Part shown: one piece after another, positions 11,011-21,069 of the stretch | How the letters are laid out: each line of letters opens with the position of its first letter | Position numbering within the stretch: position 1 is the first letter of the stretch | From: a virus | Taxonomy: Duplodnaviria > Caudoviricetes | Length of the DNA: 64,000 nt | Virus record (IMG/VR): IMGVR_UViG_3300037424_000564 | Coordinates: 1-64,000 of that record | Strand: one strand, 5' to 3' | Program-made: the position numbers and the translations under genes | Notes under the pieces: model-generated | The model's input: the letters and a program-made list of their open reading frames with translations, nothing else | Told to the model about the DNA's origin: nothing | Databases searched by the model: none

Positions 11011-11706
11011 TTAGATAAGTGTGCGTTTATTTAATTCATCAATTGAAATATTCTCAATCTTTCCTGTTAATTTGTTTTTAATTGTTACTATATTATCACC
11101 TGTCACACAAGAAATTGAGCGACCACGAATAGCAGTTGAGCTAGTTGATGCCGCAATTACCATTGAACCATTTTCTAAACGAATAGATCCAACGTTCCAT
11201 AAAGTTGTACCTTGTTTCAACCACATTGGAAGTAGTTCATATGCTTCTTTAATTTTACGTAAAATATCTCTTGATTGTTCAGCTTTGTTTGCAAGTATAG
11301 CAACACGTTGATCTTTGTGAAAAAGTATTAACCAACAGACGAATATTTCGAAAGATGTTGATTTACCAGCCTGACGGGTAGCAAGAACAATATTAAATCT
11401 TTTATTGACGTAATTATCTATCATTTTTACTTGATAATCACGCAATATAGGAATGATCATACCTTCAGTTAGTGATAGAATCTTGTAAAAGTTTTCAGCA
11501 AAGAATCTCCAATCAGTAGCGCACTTCATAAACAATTCTATATGTTCTTCTGTATATGCTAAATCAGTTCCTTTGCCTTTCAAATTTGTGTTACCATTGA
11601 ATGATAATTCTTCACCATTAATATCATATTGGAAATCAGATATAGATCTTGCTAATTCTTTGTAGTACTTTTTATTCTTTTTAATTTTTACAACTTCTGG
11701 TTCCAT
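11011..11706 (-). CDS. gp17: Terminase large subunit N-part fused to a 32-aa split-intein N fragment (IntN 11014..11109)
   Basis: LRDYQ, Walker A TRQAGKST, AILANK, AIRGRSIS|CVTGDNIVTI (intein block A), then stop. Confidence 0.93.
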   Translation of the reverse strand: MEPEVVKIKKNKKYYKELARSISDFQYDINGEELSFNGNTNLKGKGTDLAYTEEHIELFMKCATDWRFFAENFYKILSLTEGMIIPILRDYQVKMIDNYVNKRFNIVLATRQAGKSTSFEIFVCWLILFHKDQRVAILANKAEQSRDILRKIKEAYELLPMWLKQGTTLWNVGSIRLENGSMVIAASTSSTAIRGRSISCVTGDNIVTIKNKLTGKIENISIDELNKRTLI

Positions 11707-11780
11707 TTCATATTCCTTAATAAAAAAATCTCTTACTTTATTTAGTAAGAGATTTTTATGATATATACTATTTTATTTTT

Positions 11781-12452
11781 TTATTTTTTATTACTATGCT
11801 TTGCGGCTTGGATAGCATCAGCATGATCATCAAATACTGCTAAGATACCAGCATTTTTTAATCCTTGTCTTGGTTTAACTGCAACTCCATCTCCTGTGTC
11901 AACTAAAGCATACTTCCATGTATCTGATGTGCCGGGATGTTGATTATAAGTATTTTTATATTCATCTCTAAAATTACCATCAGAATCTTTTGTCAACTTT
12001 TCTTTCAATAGTTTTAGCATTTTGCTTATATTTGATTCAGCACGAATTGTTTGTTGTTTACCATCCTTTTCAGCAATCTCAAGAGCAATGTCATATCCTT
12101 TGACTTTTCTTTTAGGAAACATTTTTTGAAATATTTCTTGGGCCTTATTCTGTGCGTCGAGTTTACCCTTATCACTAGTCACTTCAATCTTTTTATTATC
12201 ATAAAAAGCTATGTAGCCATAAACAGCTTCATTCATAGACTCATTTTTAGGACGCATTTTTTCATATTTACCACCCACAAATTCAGGAACAGATCTAAAT
12301 TTAATTTCAACATCTTGGCCATACATTTCTACTGCTACTGCAATAGCATCTTCTTTATCATCAGAATAATAAGCACCATCTTCATAACCATCTTTAGCTG
12401 GAACTCTAAATTCTCCGTCAGCTTTTTCTATTGTAATTTTCATAATATACAT
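11781..12452 (-). CDS. Putative internal head protein
   Basis: Multi-module protein with E|A-type candidate protease sites (NESMNEA); clustered with CTS-bearing ORFs. Confidence 0.5.
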   Translation of the reverse strand: MYIMKITIEKADGEFRVPAKDGYEDGAYYSDDKEDAIAVAVEMYGQDVEIKFRSVPEFVGGKYEKMRPKNESMNEAVYGYIAFYDNKKIEVTSDKGKLDAQNKAQEIFQKMFPKRKVKGYDIALEIAEKDGKQQTIRAESNISKMLKLLKEKLTKDSDGNFRDEYKNTYNQHPGTSDTWKYALVDTGDGVAVKPRQGLKNAGILAVFDDHADAIQAAKHSNKK

Positions 12453-12455
12453 TTC

Positions 12456-12956
12456 TTAATCAAATAATTCAGAATATTCTTCTTCTGCTTTTGAGGTAAT
12501 GTTTCCTTTATTATCTAAAAACCCAAGTCTAACTAATTTAGAACGCTCAGAAGCAGATATTGTATCTCCATTTATAGCTTTGTCGATAATATCTTTAATG
12601 GAATTATTTGATGCTTCTGATAAATCCATAGCTTCTTTCATATCCTTTTTTCGTAACTCTGGATTATTAGGATATGTTGGTTTACTATTACAATATTTTG
12701 TTTTGCCACAAAGTTCACCATTTTTCTTCACAGCAAATTCAGTATTTTCGAGCCAATCTTTATCATCTTTAAAATGTAATGGATATGTTTTTCCATCTTT
12801 CCAAATTTGTTTAGTCCATTCTGGTTTGTTGTTACCAGTAAATCTATTTACAAATTTAGATTTTGCTTCTCGTTGTTGTTCAGGAGAAAGTCGTGAACCT
12901 TTTACCCATTGTTTTTCTGCTTCCATTATAAGTGATAGTGTTTTATTAAAATCCAT
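12456..12956 (-). CDS. Putative internal head protein
   Basis: MDFNKTLSLIMEA N-terminus and internal MKEA/LSEA motifs. Confidence 0.5.
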   Translation of the reverse strand: MDFNKTLSLIMEAEKQWVKGSRLSPEQQREAKSKFVNRFTGNNKPEWTKQIWKDGKTYPLHFKDDKDWLENTEFAVKKNGELCGKTKYCNSKPTYPNNPELRKKDMKEAMDLSEASNNSIKDIIDKAINGDTISASERSKLVRLGFLDNKGNITSKAEEEYSELFD

Positions 12957-12967
12957 TATATTATTCC

Positions 12968-13192
12968 TTATCTTGATTTTTCAGATTTGTATGTATCAGA
13001 TGCTGATTTAGCTGCATCTTGAGGTGTCTTTCCACTATTAAATGCATGTGTTGCACTATCCCAACATACTCTTCCCGGTTGATAATCTTTGCGAGTAGAT
13101 AATGCTTTCTCATAATCTAACATCCATTTTTGTTTCTTTGATGGTTTATTAGATGCTTCTTGTAGAAGTGCTAAAGTTTCTTTGAAATTCAT
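12968..13192 (-). CDS. Putative internal head protein
   Basis: MNFKETLALLQEA N-terminus. Confidence 0.5.
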   Translation of the reverse strand: MNFKETLALLQEASNKPSKKQKWMLDYEKALSTRKDYQPGRVCWDSATHAFNSGKTPQDAAKSASDTYKSEKSR

Positions 13193-13204
13193 AATAGTAT
13201 CCCT

Positions 13205-13420
13205 TTAATTTATTTTTTCTACTTTAATTGCTTTTCTTTTAGTTTCTTTGCCATTTTTGGTTTCAACAGTAAAAGGTTTACCAATAAAATATTTTTTAGC
13301 ATCTGCTAAAGTAATATCAGCAGCCATATCAGTTGTACTAGTAGTACCATCATCATATGTAATTTTATATGCAGTTAATGGTTTAGATTTTTCCATTAGA
13401 TATTTATCAAATTTGCTCAT
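13205..13420 (-). CDS. Putative internal head protein with capsid-targeting-like N-terminus
   Basis: MSKFDKYLME resembles the T4 IP capsid-targeting sequence (MKTYQEFIAE). Confidence 0.55.
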   Translation of the reverse strand: MSKFDKYLMEKSKPLTAYKITYDDGTTSTTDMAADITLADAKKYFIGKPFTVETKNGKETKRKAIKVEKIN

Positions 13421-13423
13421 AAT

Positions 13424-13921
13424 TTATCCTTCGTAGTATTGTAATTCTTTATCTGATGCTTCGAGATACCCATGTTTATTATCATCAAATGGAATAATTT
13501 TAGTCTTATTCCAATCAATTAATTTAGACGCATTATCATTAAATATTAAAATTTGATGTGGAACTTGTGTTATTCCATTTTTGTCATACACTCCATCAAA
13601 TCCTTTTTCTTTTAATTCACTTTTATCAATACCTCTTTTAAGAATTGCTAGTTTCAATGGTTTATTAAAAATGAATTCTATAAATGCTCCTTCTTTATCT
13701 TTTTTTGCTGAATGAACCCAAGGTGATGTTCTATTCATTGAAGGGTGAACATAAAAACCTGAACCTATTTCATTAACACCAGTAGAATCTTTCATTACTT
13801 TTGTGTCTAATATATTTTTAGCTATAGCTAAAGATGTACCATGAAACAAAGATTTATCCTCCCATTGAATTTCTTCAATGGGAGTTGACAATTCAACTAA
13901 AAATCTTTTAAAATTTAGCAT
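13424..13921 (-). CDS. ADP-ribosyltransferase-fold protein with capsid-targeting-like N-terminus
   Basis: LFHGTS, IGSGFYV, GFDGV, HQILIF pattern of H-Y-x ARTs; N-terminus MLNFKRFLVE. Confidence 0.65.
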   Translation of the reverse strand: MLNFKRFLVELSTPIEEIQWEDKSLFHGTSLAIAKNILDTKVMKDSTGVNEIGSGFYVHPSMNRTSPWVHSAKKDKEGAFIEFIFNKPLKLAILKRGIDKSELKEKGFDGVYDKNGITQVPHQILIFNDNASKLIDWNKTKIIPFDDNKHGYLEASDKELQYYEG

Positions 13922-15336
13922 TAAAATTCAGTTCTAAATTGTTCTGGGAAGTTAGGAACAATAACGTTAGGGTCATAATAATTTACAGAGAAAATTCTAA
14001 AGAAATCAGAATCTCCATCACCAGTACCTGAATCTTGTGGATGTTGTGTAAATCCGTAACGATTCATAACCATAAAGTTTTGACTGAAAGGGATAACATC
14101 ATTTGCAGTATCACCAGAAGTTAACTCATGAATAGTAGTAGTGTAAGGACAGAAGAATAGTCCTGAATCATGTTTCTCTTTTGATTTATGTTTGTATCCA
14201 ATAACAACATAATGATCTATAGAGAAAGGATCGCAATACAAATCATATGCTCCAATTTTACCAACATAATATGGATTACTTTCTTCTGGTGAAGCTTGAG
14301 TGTGTATAGGATTTAAAAGTAAAAAAGCACAAGTAGCTGAGTCAGCCAAAACAAACATAGTACGATTACGTTTTGTTGCTTTAACAATTTCTTCAGCGGC
14401 TAAAAAGATAGACCCAAATAAATCATAAGTCAAATCTCCTAAACTAGAACCCATACCAATTGATAAAGGTAGAACAATATCAGATTGCATAGGAGTAGCG
14501 ATTAATTTGAGATATTCAATAATTTCTCTATCAACTTCTTGTCTAATTTCATTTGATATTGCTTCTGCAACTATATCATATGCCTTTTCTTTGTAAAGAG
14601 CTAGTAAATCTTGTAGCTTTTCTTGAGAGAATTTAGAACGAATCTTTCTAGAGATAGTTTCGATTGTTTTAGTAGCTGGTTCAAAGTTAATTTCACGTAA
14701 ATCACTATTTGTTTCAAGAACCTTAGAATAATTTTTAAATACTTTTTTGATTGTATTTTTATTTGTAGTTGTGTAAAGGATTGTTTCGCCTCCAATAGTA
14801 TTACCGGCAATAACAGCCCCAATTGGATTTAGTGTTCCTAATGTAGTTGTGTCAAACCCAAGAGAACCAGTTACACAAGCAGCAAGAATATTCCAATACT
14901 TATCAACTGAACTTACTGATTGAGTTTGACTTAATCCGGCAGAACTTTCATAAGTAACAAATTCTTGTTTCATCTCTCCATAATATACTGTTAAATAAAT
15001 GTTTGGAGTTGTATTTACCAAATAAGTTCCACCAGCAGTTACTGATGAAGATGCAGATGCAGCTAAAGTTAATAGACGGGAGTTAGTCCAGTGAACATCA
15101 TTTTCAATATTTGATTTATCACCAGTGTATATAGCGTTAAGATAAGTGATTTTAGCTCTTGGTGATTTTGTTGGTTGAACAGACGCGATTTGCTCAACTA
15201 ATGATTCAGGATATATCTTATGAATCAAAGGAAAAATCAAAGGTTCCCATTTAGCGATATCATCAGCCATAGAAACTTCATTTAATGTATTTTGGTACAA
15301 AGCGTCACCTAGTGCTTCTGTAAAAAGTTTATCCAT
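13921..15336 (-). CDS. gp23/gp24-like capsid protein (probable vertex or minor paralogue)
   Basis: LIFPLIHKIYPESLVEQIASVQP, SRKIRSKFSQEKLQDL, ISNEIRQEVDREII HK97-fold T4-type motifs. Confidence 0.85.
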   Translation of the reverse strand: MDKLFTEALGDALYQNTLNEVSMADDIAKWEPLIFPLIHKIYPESLVEQIASVQPTKSPRAKITYLNAIYTGDKSNIENDVHWTNSRLLTLAASASSSVTAGGTYLVNTTPNIYLTVYYGEMKQEFVTYESSAGLSQTQSVSSVDKYWNILAACVTGSLGFDTTTLGTLNPIGAVIAGNTIGGETILYTTTNKNTIKKVFKNYSKVLETNSDLREINFEPATKTIETISRKIRSKFSQEKLQDLLALYKEKAYDIVAEAISNEIRQEVDREIIEYLKLIATPMQSDIVLPLSIGMGSSLGDLTYDLFGSIFLAAEEIVKATKRNRTMFVLADSATCAFLLLNPIHTQASPEESNPYYVGKIGAYDLYCDPFSIDHYVVIGYKHKSKEKHDSGLFFCPYTTTIHELTSGDTANDVIPFSQNFMVMNRYGFTQHPQDSGTGDGDSDFFRIFSVNYYDPNVIVPNFPEQFRTEF

Positions 15337-15360
15337 ATTTAATACCTCTTTGTTTTTATT

Positions 15361-15876
15361 TTATTTATGATTTTCTTTTATAATATCTAATAATGCTGAT
15401 GTATTCCCAGAAAATACTATTGTGTTATTAGTTGTTGTACTACCATGACGTTGTTCAACTGATCCATCTGGAACTTTACCTGAAATACCTAATCTCATTT
15501 TTTCTATTTCACAAATCTCTTTGTAAATACTAACCATCAATTTTAAATTACTACCAACAGTTTGTTGTAATGTAGCTAAAGCACTTAATGTAGCTGGTTT
15601 TAAGTCACCAACATCTAACACAGAAGCAGATTCTAAAATACGTTGTCCTGTTGTAATAAGTTTCATTACATTATTTCTAATTAAAATAAAATCACTTTTA
15701 AGTGAATCAATTGAAAATATTTCATGTGAATCAGCAGAAACACTAGCAACAATAGATGGTGTAATATCTATCGAAGGTAACATACTTAATTCATGACTTT
15801 CAATATCAAGTTCATCAATAAGTTCTGTAGCTATATTTAACTTTTTTTCTAGTAAGGCGAAATCAAATTCTTTCAT
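15361..15876 (-). CDS. gp16: Terminase small subunit (gp16-like)
   Basis: DFILIRNNV helix and C-terminal TNNTIVFSGNTSALL; position next to gp15. Confidence 0.7.
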   Translation of the reverse strand: MKEFDFALLEKKLNIATELIDELDIESHELSMLPSIDITPSIVASVSADSHEIFSIDSLKSDFILIRNNVMKLITTGQRILESASVLDVGDLKPATLSALATLQQTVGSNLKLMVSIYKEICEIEKMRLGISGKVPDGSVEQRHGSTTTNNTIVFSGNTSALLDIIKENHK

Positions 15877-15887
15877 ATATTATCCAA

Positions 15888-16793
15888 TTATGCGATTAAA
15901 AAATCAACTAAAGAAGGAGCATCAGGATCAGGAATAGTAGCTTCTCCGATTGAAGGTGGAATAATATATGTTTTTCCAACTACATCATATGTATACTCAT
16001 CACCATTATATGTTTGGATTATCCAAGCATTTATCGTAGTACTTTCTTCTATTAATACAGGGCCAAGGTATTCAGTTTCATTTTGATTTTGTGAAGTAGT
16101 ATATACAGTTCTGAAATTACTATCACCAGATATATCTGGTGTAGAAGTTATTATCATATTAAATGCTGATGGTTGAAATGTTTCTAATGGAGTAATATCT
16201 AATGTATAAGCAGATCTAACTAAAATGTAAGTTGAGTTATAAAGGGCGCTAATAGTACCATCAGAAAGTACACAATAATAAAACAAATCAAAATCATCAG
16301 TAAATGTCAAAGTTCCAGTATATCGAATAAATTCACCAGCACTACCAGTAATAGAATAATAGATAGGTGCATTATTTGCAAAACAAATGAGATCAATATC
16401 GAATGCAAATCCATTATTAACATAAGTTGGATATGTTCCAGCAGACACAGAAGGAATTACATAATTACTAATAGGAGTAAGAATGATATCTTTCTTTAGA
16501 TGAAAAATAGTTCCATTCATATTAGCAATACAATTTATTTTATAATTACCAGCATATGTATATGTATGTTCTGGAACATCTAAAATAGAATTGAATACGT
16601 ATTCATTGGTAGCAGAGAACGGATCACCAAAATGCCATATAACTGAAGTATTTTTATCTTTGCCTTGATCTAGTTTAGCAAAATCAATTGATATCACTTT
16701 TTTAACAGGACTAGCTACATCAAACAATAATGAAGATGCCATTGTTGCTGATGTAGCTGGTGTTATTTTATATATATCTTGTATTAATGCCAT
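15888..16793 (-). CDS. Ig-like (PKD and chitobiase/FN3-like) virion decoration protein
   Basis: WHFGDP..PEHTYTYAGNYKI PKD motif; APIYYSITGS motif. Confidence 0.7.
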   Translation of the reverse strand: MALIQDIYKITPATSATMASSLLFDVASPVKKVISIDFAKLDQGKDKNTSVIWHFGDPFSATNEYVFNSILDVPEHTYTYAGNYKINCIANMNGTIFHLKKDIILTPISNYVIPSVSAGTYPTYVNNGFAFDIDLICFANNAPIYYSITGSAGEFIRYTGTLTFTDDFDLFYYCVLSDGTISALYNSTYILVRSAYTLDITPLETFQPSAFNMIITSTPDISGDSNFRTVYTTSQNQNETEYLGPVLIEESTTINAWIIQTYNGDEYTYDVVGKTYIIPPSIGEATIPDPDAPSLVDFLIA

Positions 16794-16804
16794 AATTATT
16801 ATCT

Positions 16805-18022
16805 TTAATTAATAGTAAAATCTGCTGATGTTGGAACAAGTGGATCACCTACTAACCAGAATCCTACTCCATTTACAAGAATATCTATGTTACTAAATTG
16901 AGAAACTGAAGTTCCATTAGAGAAATCAACCCAACAATATAAACGAGTCATACTATTAGTAATTTCTATTGGTCCTTCATATTTATGCGCTGTAAAATCA
17001 TCATCAATTCTATAATACATGAAGAAACTATTTTGATATGCAGACGCAGAATCATTTGTCAAATATACTAATGAAGAAGGACCACTATCATCAACGAAGG
17101 CATGAATAAATGGTGTTGGCAATCCTGATATAGCATCACTTATATATTGTAGTTCTTTTAAAGTTTCAAATTGTTTAATTTTATTTGCATCTGTATAATT
17201 AATTTCAGAAGTAGAATTAAGATTGATTAGAGGATTCATTCTATCTGCATTAGATATATATTCTGTGAATTTTGTTTGCATTTTGTTTTGAGCTTCAAGC
17301 CATACAGTATCAATTCTTACTATTTCAGTGCCATTTTGCATGTTAATAGTAACACCAGTAATGAAACTCTGAATCTTTTTCATCATATAATAATTTATTT
17401 TTATTTGAAAAGTATATACATTAGTAAAAATGCGTTCATCAAATTCTGGTAGATCGGTTGGATTATCTAAACTAACATTAGACAAAGTAATAGGAACAGA
17501 TTCCGTTAATCGATTATCATAAAGATTTAAATTCAAATTCATAGTAGGAGAGAAGAAAGGTAAAATTTGTTCCATAATTTGGAAATTATCATCTAAATGT
17601 CTAGCAATAGAAGCAATTTCAAAATTAAGAATATAAGGAGCAGGAGTGTAAACTTTACCAGTACTATTACTTGTACTATGAGCATAATCTTCTACGATTT
17701 GTGTTTTAATTAATCGTCTACTTGCGTCATATTCTAATCCAGATAAATTACATGAAATTCTAGGAAGAATCCATTGCATTTCAATAGGATTTAAATCACG
17801 CATAGCAGGGTCCATTGCTTTTCGTCCAGCAGATGAACGAACAATTTCAACCCACTTTTCTCTAGTTGCCCATTGAATAGGAACAGGAATTACTTTGCGT
17901 TGTGCATATACAGACTCACCAGATACAGAAATTGTTTTGTATTTTTCAATAGAAATTCTACTAAACCAATCCATTAATGCGATAGAAACCATTCTGGTTA
18001 TGCTTTGATTAAAAAATTCCAT
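16805..18022 (-). CDS. gp15: Tail terminator/sheath stabiliser (gp15-like) with C-terminal extension
   Basis: VPIQWATREKW, LPRIS, PAPYILNFEI, QIMEQILPFFSP. Confidence 0.88.
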   Translation of the reverse strand: MEFFNQSITRMVSIALMDWFSRISIEKYKTISVSGESVYAQRKVIPVPIQWATREKWVEIVRSSAGRKAMDPAMRDLNPIEMQWILPRISCNLSGLEYDASRRLIKTQIVEDYAHSTSNSTGKVYTPAPYILNFEIASIARHLDDNFQIMEQILPFFSPTMNLNLNLYDNRLTESVPITLSNVSLDNPTDLPEFDERIFTNVYTFQIKINYYMMKKIQSFITGVTINMQNGTEIVRIDTVWLEAQNKMQTKFTEYISNADRMNPLINLNSTSEINYTDANKIKQFETLKELQYISDAISGLPTPFIHAFVDDSGPSSLVYLTNDSASAYQNSFFMYYRIDDDFTAHKYEGPIEITNSMTRLYCWVDFSNGTSVSQFSNIDILVNGVGFWLVGDPLVPTSADFTIN

Positions 18023-18024
18023 AA

Positions 18025-18729
18025 TTATCCTAGAGGATCGTCTTCTGTGTTATTTATTATAGGAACTGAACTTTGAATTATTTTAGCATTATTCTGGTTG
18101 AATTCTTTTGTAGGTAGATCAACTAAATTACCATCCATATCATTAAGTAAGTTATCAAGAGCTTGAACAGCAGATGGAATACCACCAGAAGTTGATTGTG
18201 AAATCTCTTCATGATTATAAGCAAATAATTTACATTGAATTTTAAATCCACTACGATTTCCTAGTAAATAGAATGAAGGCTGGATTTCATCTTCAATATG
18301 ACTGATTTGAAATAATTTCTGTGATTTACCAACATAAACAAGATCACCTTGTTTAGGATATACACCAGATGTTTGTTGAGTGAAAAATGATTTAGTACAC
18401 CATAAAGTACATTCGTCGGTAACTTGTAATCCAAATTTAGAATACATATCACCATTACCAGACCATGCTTGAACTTCTTCAATAAACATTCTCATTGGAT
18501 ATCCTCTTTCATATGTTGCTGAAAGATATTCACCAAAAGTTGTTTCTTCTTTGTTAACTTCTCGGGGTAAGAAATTCATATCAGTACCATAAAGAAAGTA
18601 CCATTCAGATGCAATAGCATCCATAGTACTTGCTTCATTCGTTGCTGATAATGCATATGTTTCATTTAAAAGATATGGATGAAATGCAGCAGATACCCCA
18701 TAGCTATTATAATTTGCAAATATACTCAT
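18025..18729 (-). CDS. gp14: Neck protein gp14-like
   Basis: YGTDMNFLPRE, DMYSKFGLQVTDE, PKQGDLVY, FYLLG. Confidence 0.9.
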   Translation of the reverse strand: MSIFANYNSYGVSAAFHPYLLNETYALSATNEASTMDAIASEWYFLYGTDMNFLPREVNKEETTFGEYLSATYERGYPMRMFIEEVQAWSGNGDMYSKFGLQVTDECTLWCTKSFFTQQTSGVYPKQGDLVYVGKSQKLFQISHIEDEIQPSFYLLGNRSGFKIQCKLFAYNHEEISQSTSGGIPSAVQALDNLLNDMDGNLVDLPTKEFNQNNAKIIQSSVPIINNTEDDPLG

Positions 18730-18803
18730 TTGTTAACCTTTAAGAAAATCAATCTTATTTTATAAATAGTATTATACTAACTTTATTTATAAGGAATGAA
18801 AAT

Positions 18804-19532
18804 ATGAAAATTTGTAAAACTACTACATTTATAACAAAAGCAAAAAAGATTCATGGTGACACTTATAATTATTCTGAAACGGAATATGTGCATGTAATGG
18901 ATAAAGTTAAAATACTTTGCAGTATTCATGGAATATTTGAAATAACTGCTAATAAACATTTAAATGGTAGAGGTTGTAATATTTGTGGTAATATTAGAAC
19001 AGCAGATTCGAAACTTTCAAATGTTAATGAATTTATTAATAAAGCTAATAAAGTTCATAATTATATTTATGAATATAATTTGGTTAAATATAAAAAGTCA
19101 TCAATTAAAGTAAAAATAAATTGTAAAACTCATGGAATATTTGAATGCACTCCAAATAATCATTTGAGTGGTAAAGGTTGTCCTATGTGCAGATTATCAA
19201 AAGGTGAAATTAGAGTAAAAAATTTTTTAGATATTCATAAAATTAATTATAATACTCAGTATAGATTTTTAAATTGTAAAAACATCAGACCATTACCATT
19301 TGATTTCTATTTACCAGATCATAATATTTGTATTGAATATGATGGGAAACAACATTATATTAAGGATTGTTGGAGTTTAGATAAAATAAAAAACGAAACA
19401 AGATATAAACAAACACAACTGACAGATAAAATAAAAGATGAATATTGTAAGGATAACAATATTCATCTTATTAGGATATCTTATTTAAAATTTGATGAAA
19501 TTGAAAATATATTAAAAGATTTAATTATTTAA
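18804..19532 (+). mobile_element. Homing endonuclease (DUF723-like repeats plus PD-(D/E)XK/Vsr-like domain) inserted antisense between gp13 and gp14
   Basis: Two KVKIxCxxHGIF...HLxGxGCxxC repeats; LPFDFYLP..ICIEYDGKQHY. Own TATAAATA at 18761..18768. Confidence 0.85.
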
Positions 19533-20312
19533 CTAAGCTACAAAAAAATCGACAGGTAGTTCGTAACGGTCATGTAGTTCTGCTTCTAGTTTTTCAATTT
19601 GAGTATTAGCTAAATTCATAATACCATCACCATTCAAAGATCCTCCATTTGGTAGTGCAGATCCAAGATATTTAAGTCCAATATTTTTTCCCCATTGAAG
19701 CATAGCTTTGGCAGTTGCCATTCTTTTAACCCATCTATCGTTGTAAATGTTATTTTCAACATAAGTCATACTACCAGCAGATACTTCAGTAGTATCAACA
19801 GTTAAAGTTTGATAACATTGGAGAATAATATTTTCATCATCATGAACTTTACCATGTAAATGTAATACTTTAGAAACACAGTTAAAATCAAATGTTTTCT
19901 TTTTAGCAAAAATGATATCGATACTTGAAGTTAATTGATTAATCATTTCATAACCAGCTAAGTCGATCTTTGCAACTCCCGGTCTATATAAGTCAGCAGC
20001 AATAAATTGATTCATAGAAAACATATTACTTGGTAGATTAGCACCAATCATTGACATATTTGCATCATTAACACCTAGCACAGCAAAAATTTCATAAGGT
20101 AATATATAATCTTGAACATCTTTGATGACAGTAATTGGAATATATATTTCAGTTACACCAGAATATGCAAATTGTACATAATCTTGTACTGTATCATCAA
20201 TAACATCATCAAGCTGTTCATCTGTAATTTCTATAGTATGAGCAGGATAACCGAGGCTTCTTAATATATATTGTTTCAAACCACCTATTGAATTTATTTT
20301 TGGTTGTGCCAT
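19533..20312 (-). CDS. gp13: Neck protein gp13-like
   Basis: LKQYILRSLGYP..IEITDEQLDD; WVKRMATAKAMLQWGKNI..LPNGGSLNG. Confidence 0.92.
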   Translation of the reverse strand: MAQPKINSIGGLKQYILRSLGYPAHTIEITDEQLDDVIDDTVQDYVQFAYSGVTEIYIPITVIKDVQDYILPYEIFAVLGVNDANMSMIGANLPSNMFSMNQFIAADLYRPGVAKIDLAGYEMINQLTSSIDIIFAKKKTFDFNCVSKVLHLHGKVHDDENIILQCYQTLTVDTTEVSAGSMTYVENNIYNDRWVKRMATAKAMLQWGKNIGLKYLGSALPNGGSLNGDGIMNLANTQIEKLEAELHDRYELPVDFFVA

Positions 20313-20317
20313 AAGTA

Positions 20318-20623
20318 TTAACCTTTAGTAAATGGTATTTTTTTAGGAACGGAAACTTTTGTTAATTTAGGAGCCTTTTGTGTTTTAGGAGCCTTTTGTG
20401 CCTTTGGTGTCTTTTGTGCCTTTGGTGGTTTAGGAGCCTCTGGTTGTGTTTCGACTGTTTCTTTCACCGGAGCAATAGGATCTGGAATATGAATAAAATA
20501 AGAAGGATATAATGCAATTAATTGTTTGTTATTAACAACATCACCATGACTTAACGTTACAGTTCCAAATGGAAGAGATAAGTGAATTTGACCACCTTTA
20601 GGTGCATTAACGATATATGACAT
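20318..20623 (-). CDS. Hypothetical protein with basic K-A/T-Q-K low-complexity tail
   Basis: PKAQKTPKAQKAPKTQK repeats. Confidence 0.7.
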   Translation of the reverse strand: MSYIVNAPKGGQIHLSLPFGTVTLSHGDVVNNKQLIALYPSYFIHIPDPIAPVKETVETQPEAPKPPKAQKTPKAQKAPKTQKAPKLTKVSVPKKIPFTKG

Positions 20624-21069
20624 TATTTTTTACCTTTCTTAGTTAGTTCTTTATCTGATTCTTCTATGGCATCCTCTACAACAACTGTAGGAGCCACAAC
20701 AGTAATTACATTAACATGTTGGCTAAAAAGTTTTCCGATATGTTCAGGAACCTCTTGTCCTTCAACTATATCAAAAGGTCCGTATATAGATCTTAATTGA
20801 GTCGTTCTTTTTGCGATATACTTTTTCATTTTATATCCTTATTTAATTTGTTTGTGTACATCACCACATTTAACAATTATTTGAGTGGTACGATTATTAG
20901 ACATCATATATTGTGCTAATTCAATAGTTTCCGCATCACGTTGCCAGTGACGGCGATCATTAGGATCTTGAGCTTTTAATCCAGATAGAAAGTTTTGCTT
21001 ACCATTGTCTGTTTCTAATTCGATTGTTGAGAAATTTCCGTTATCTGTTACTTTCATTTGTGTTCTCCT

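Noticed and set aside
10082-11011. Group I intron in the terminase gene
   Set aside because: Only about 38 nt separate the TerL-N stop from the endonuclease, which overlaps IntC, leaving no room for a ribozyme core. Intein blocks explain both junctions.
13921-15336. Calling this the major capsid protein
   Set aside because: It has the gp23 fold, but it sits beside gp16 with no gp21/gp22 neighbours and is divergent, which fits a vertex or minor paralogue better. This cannot be settled from this window.
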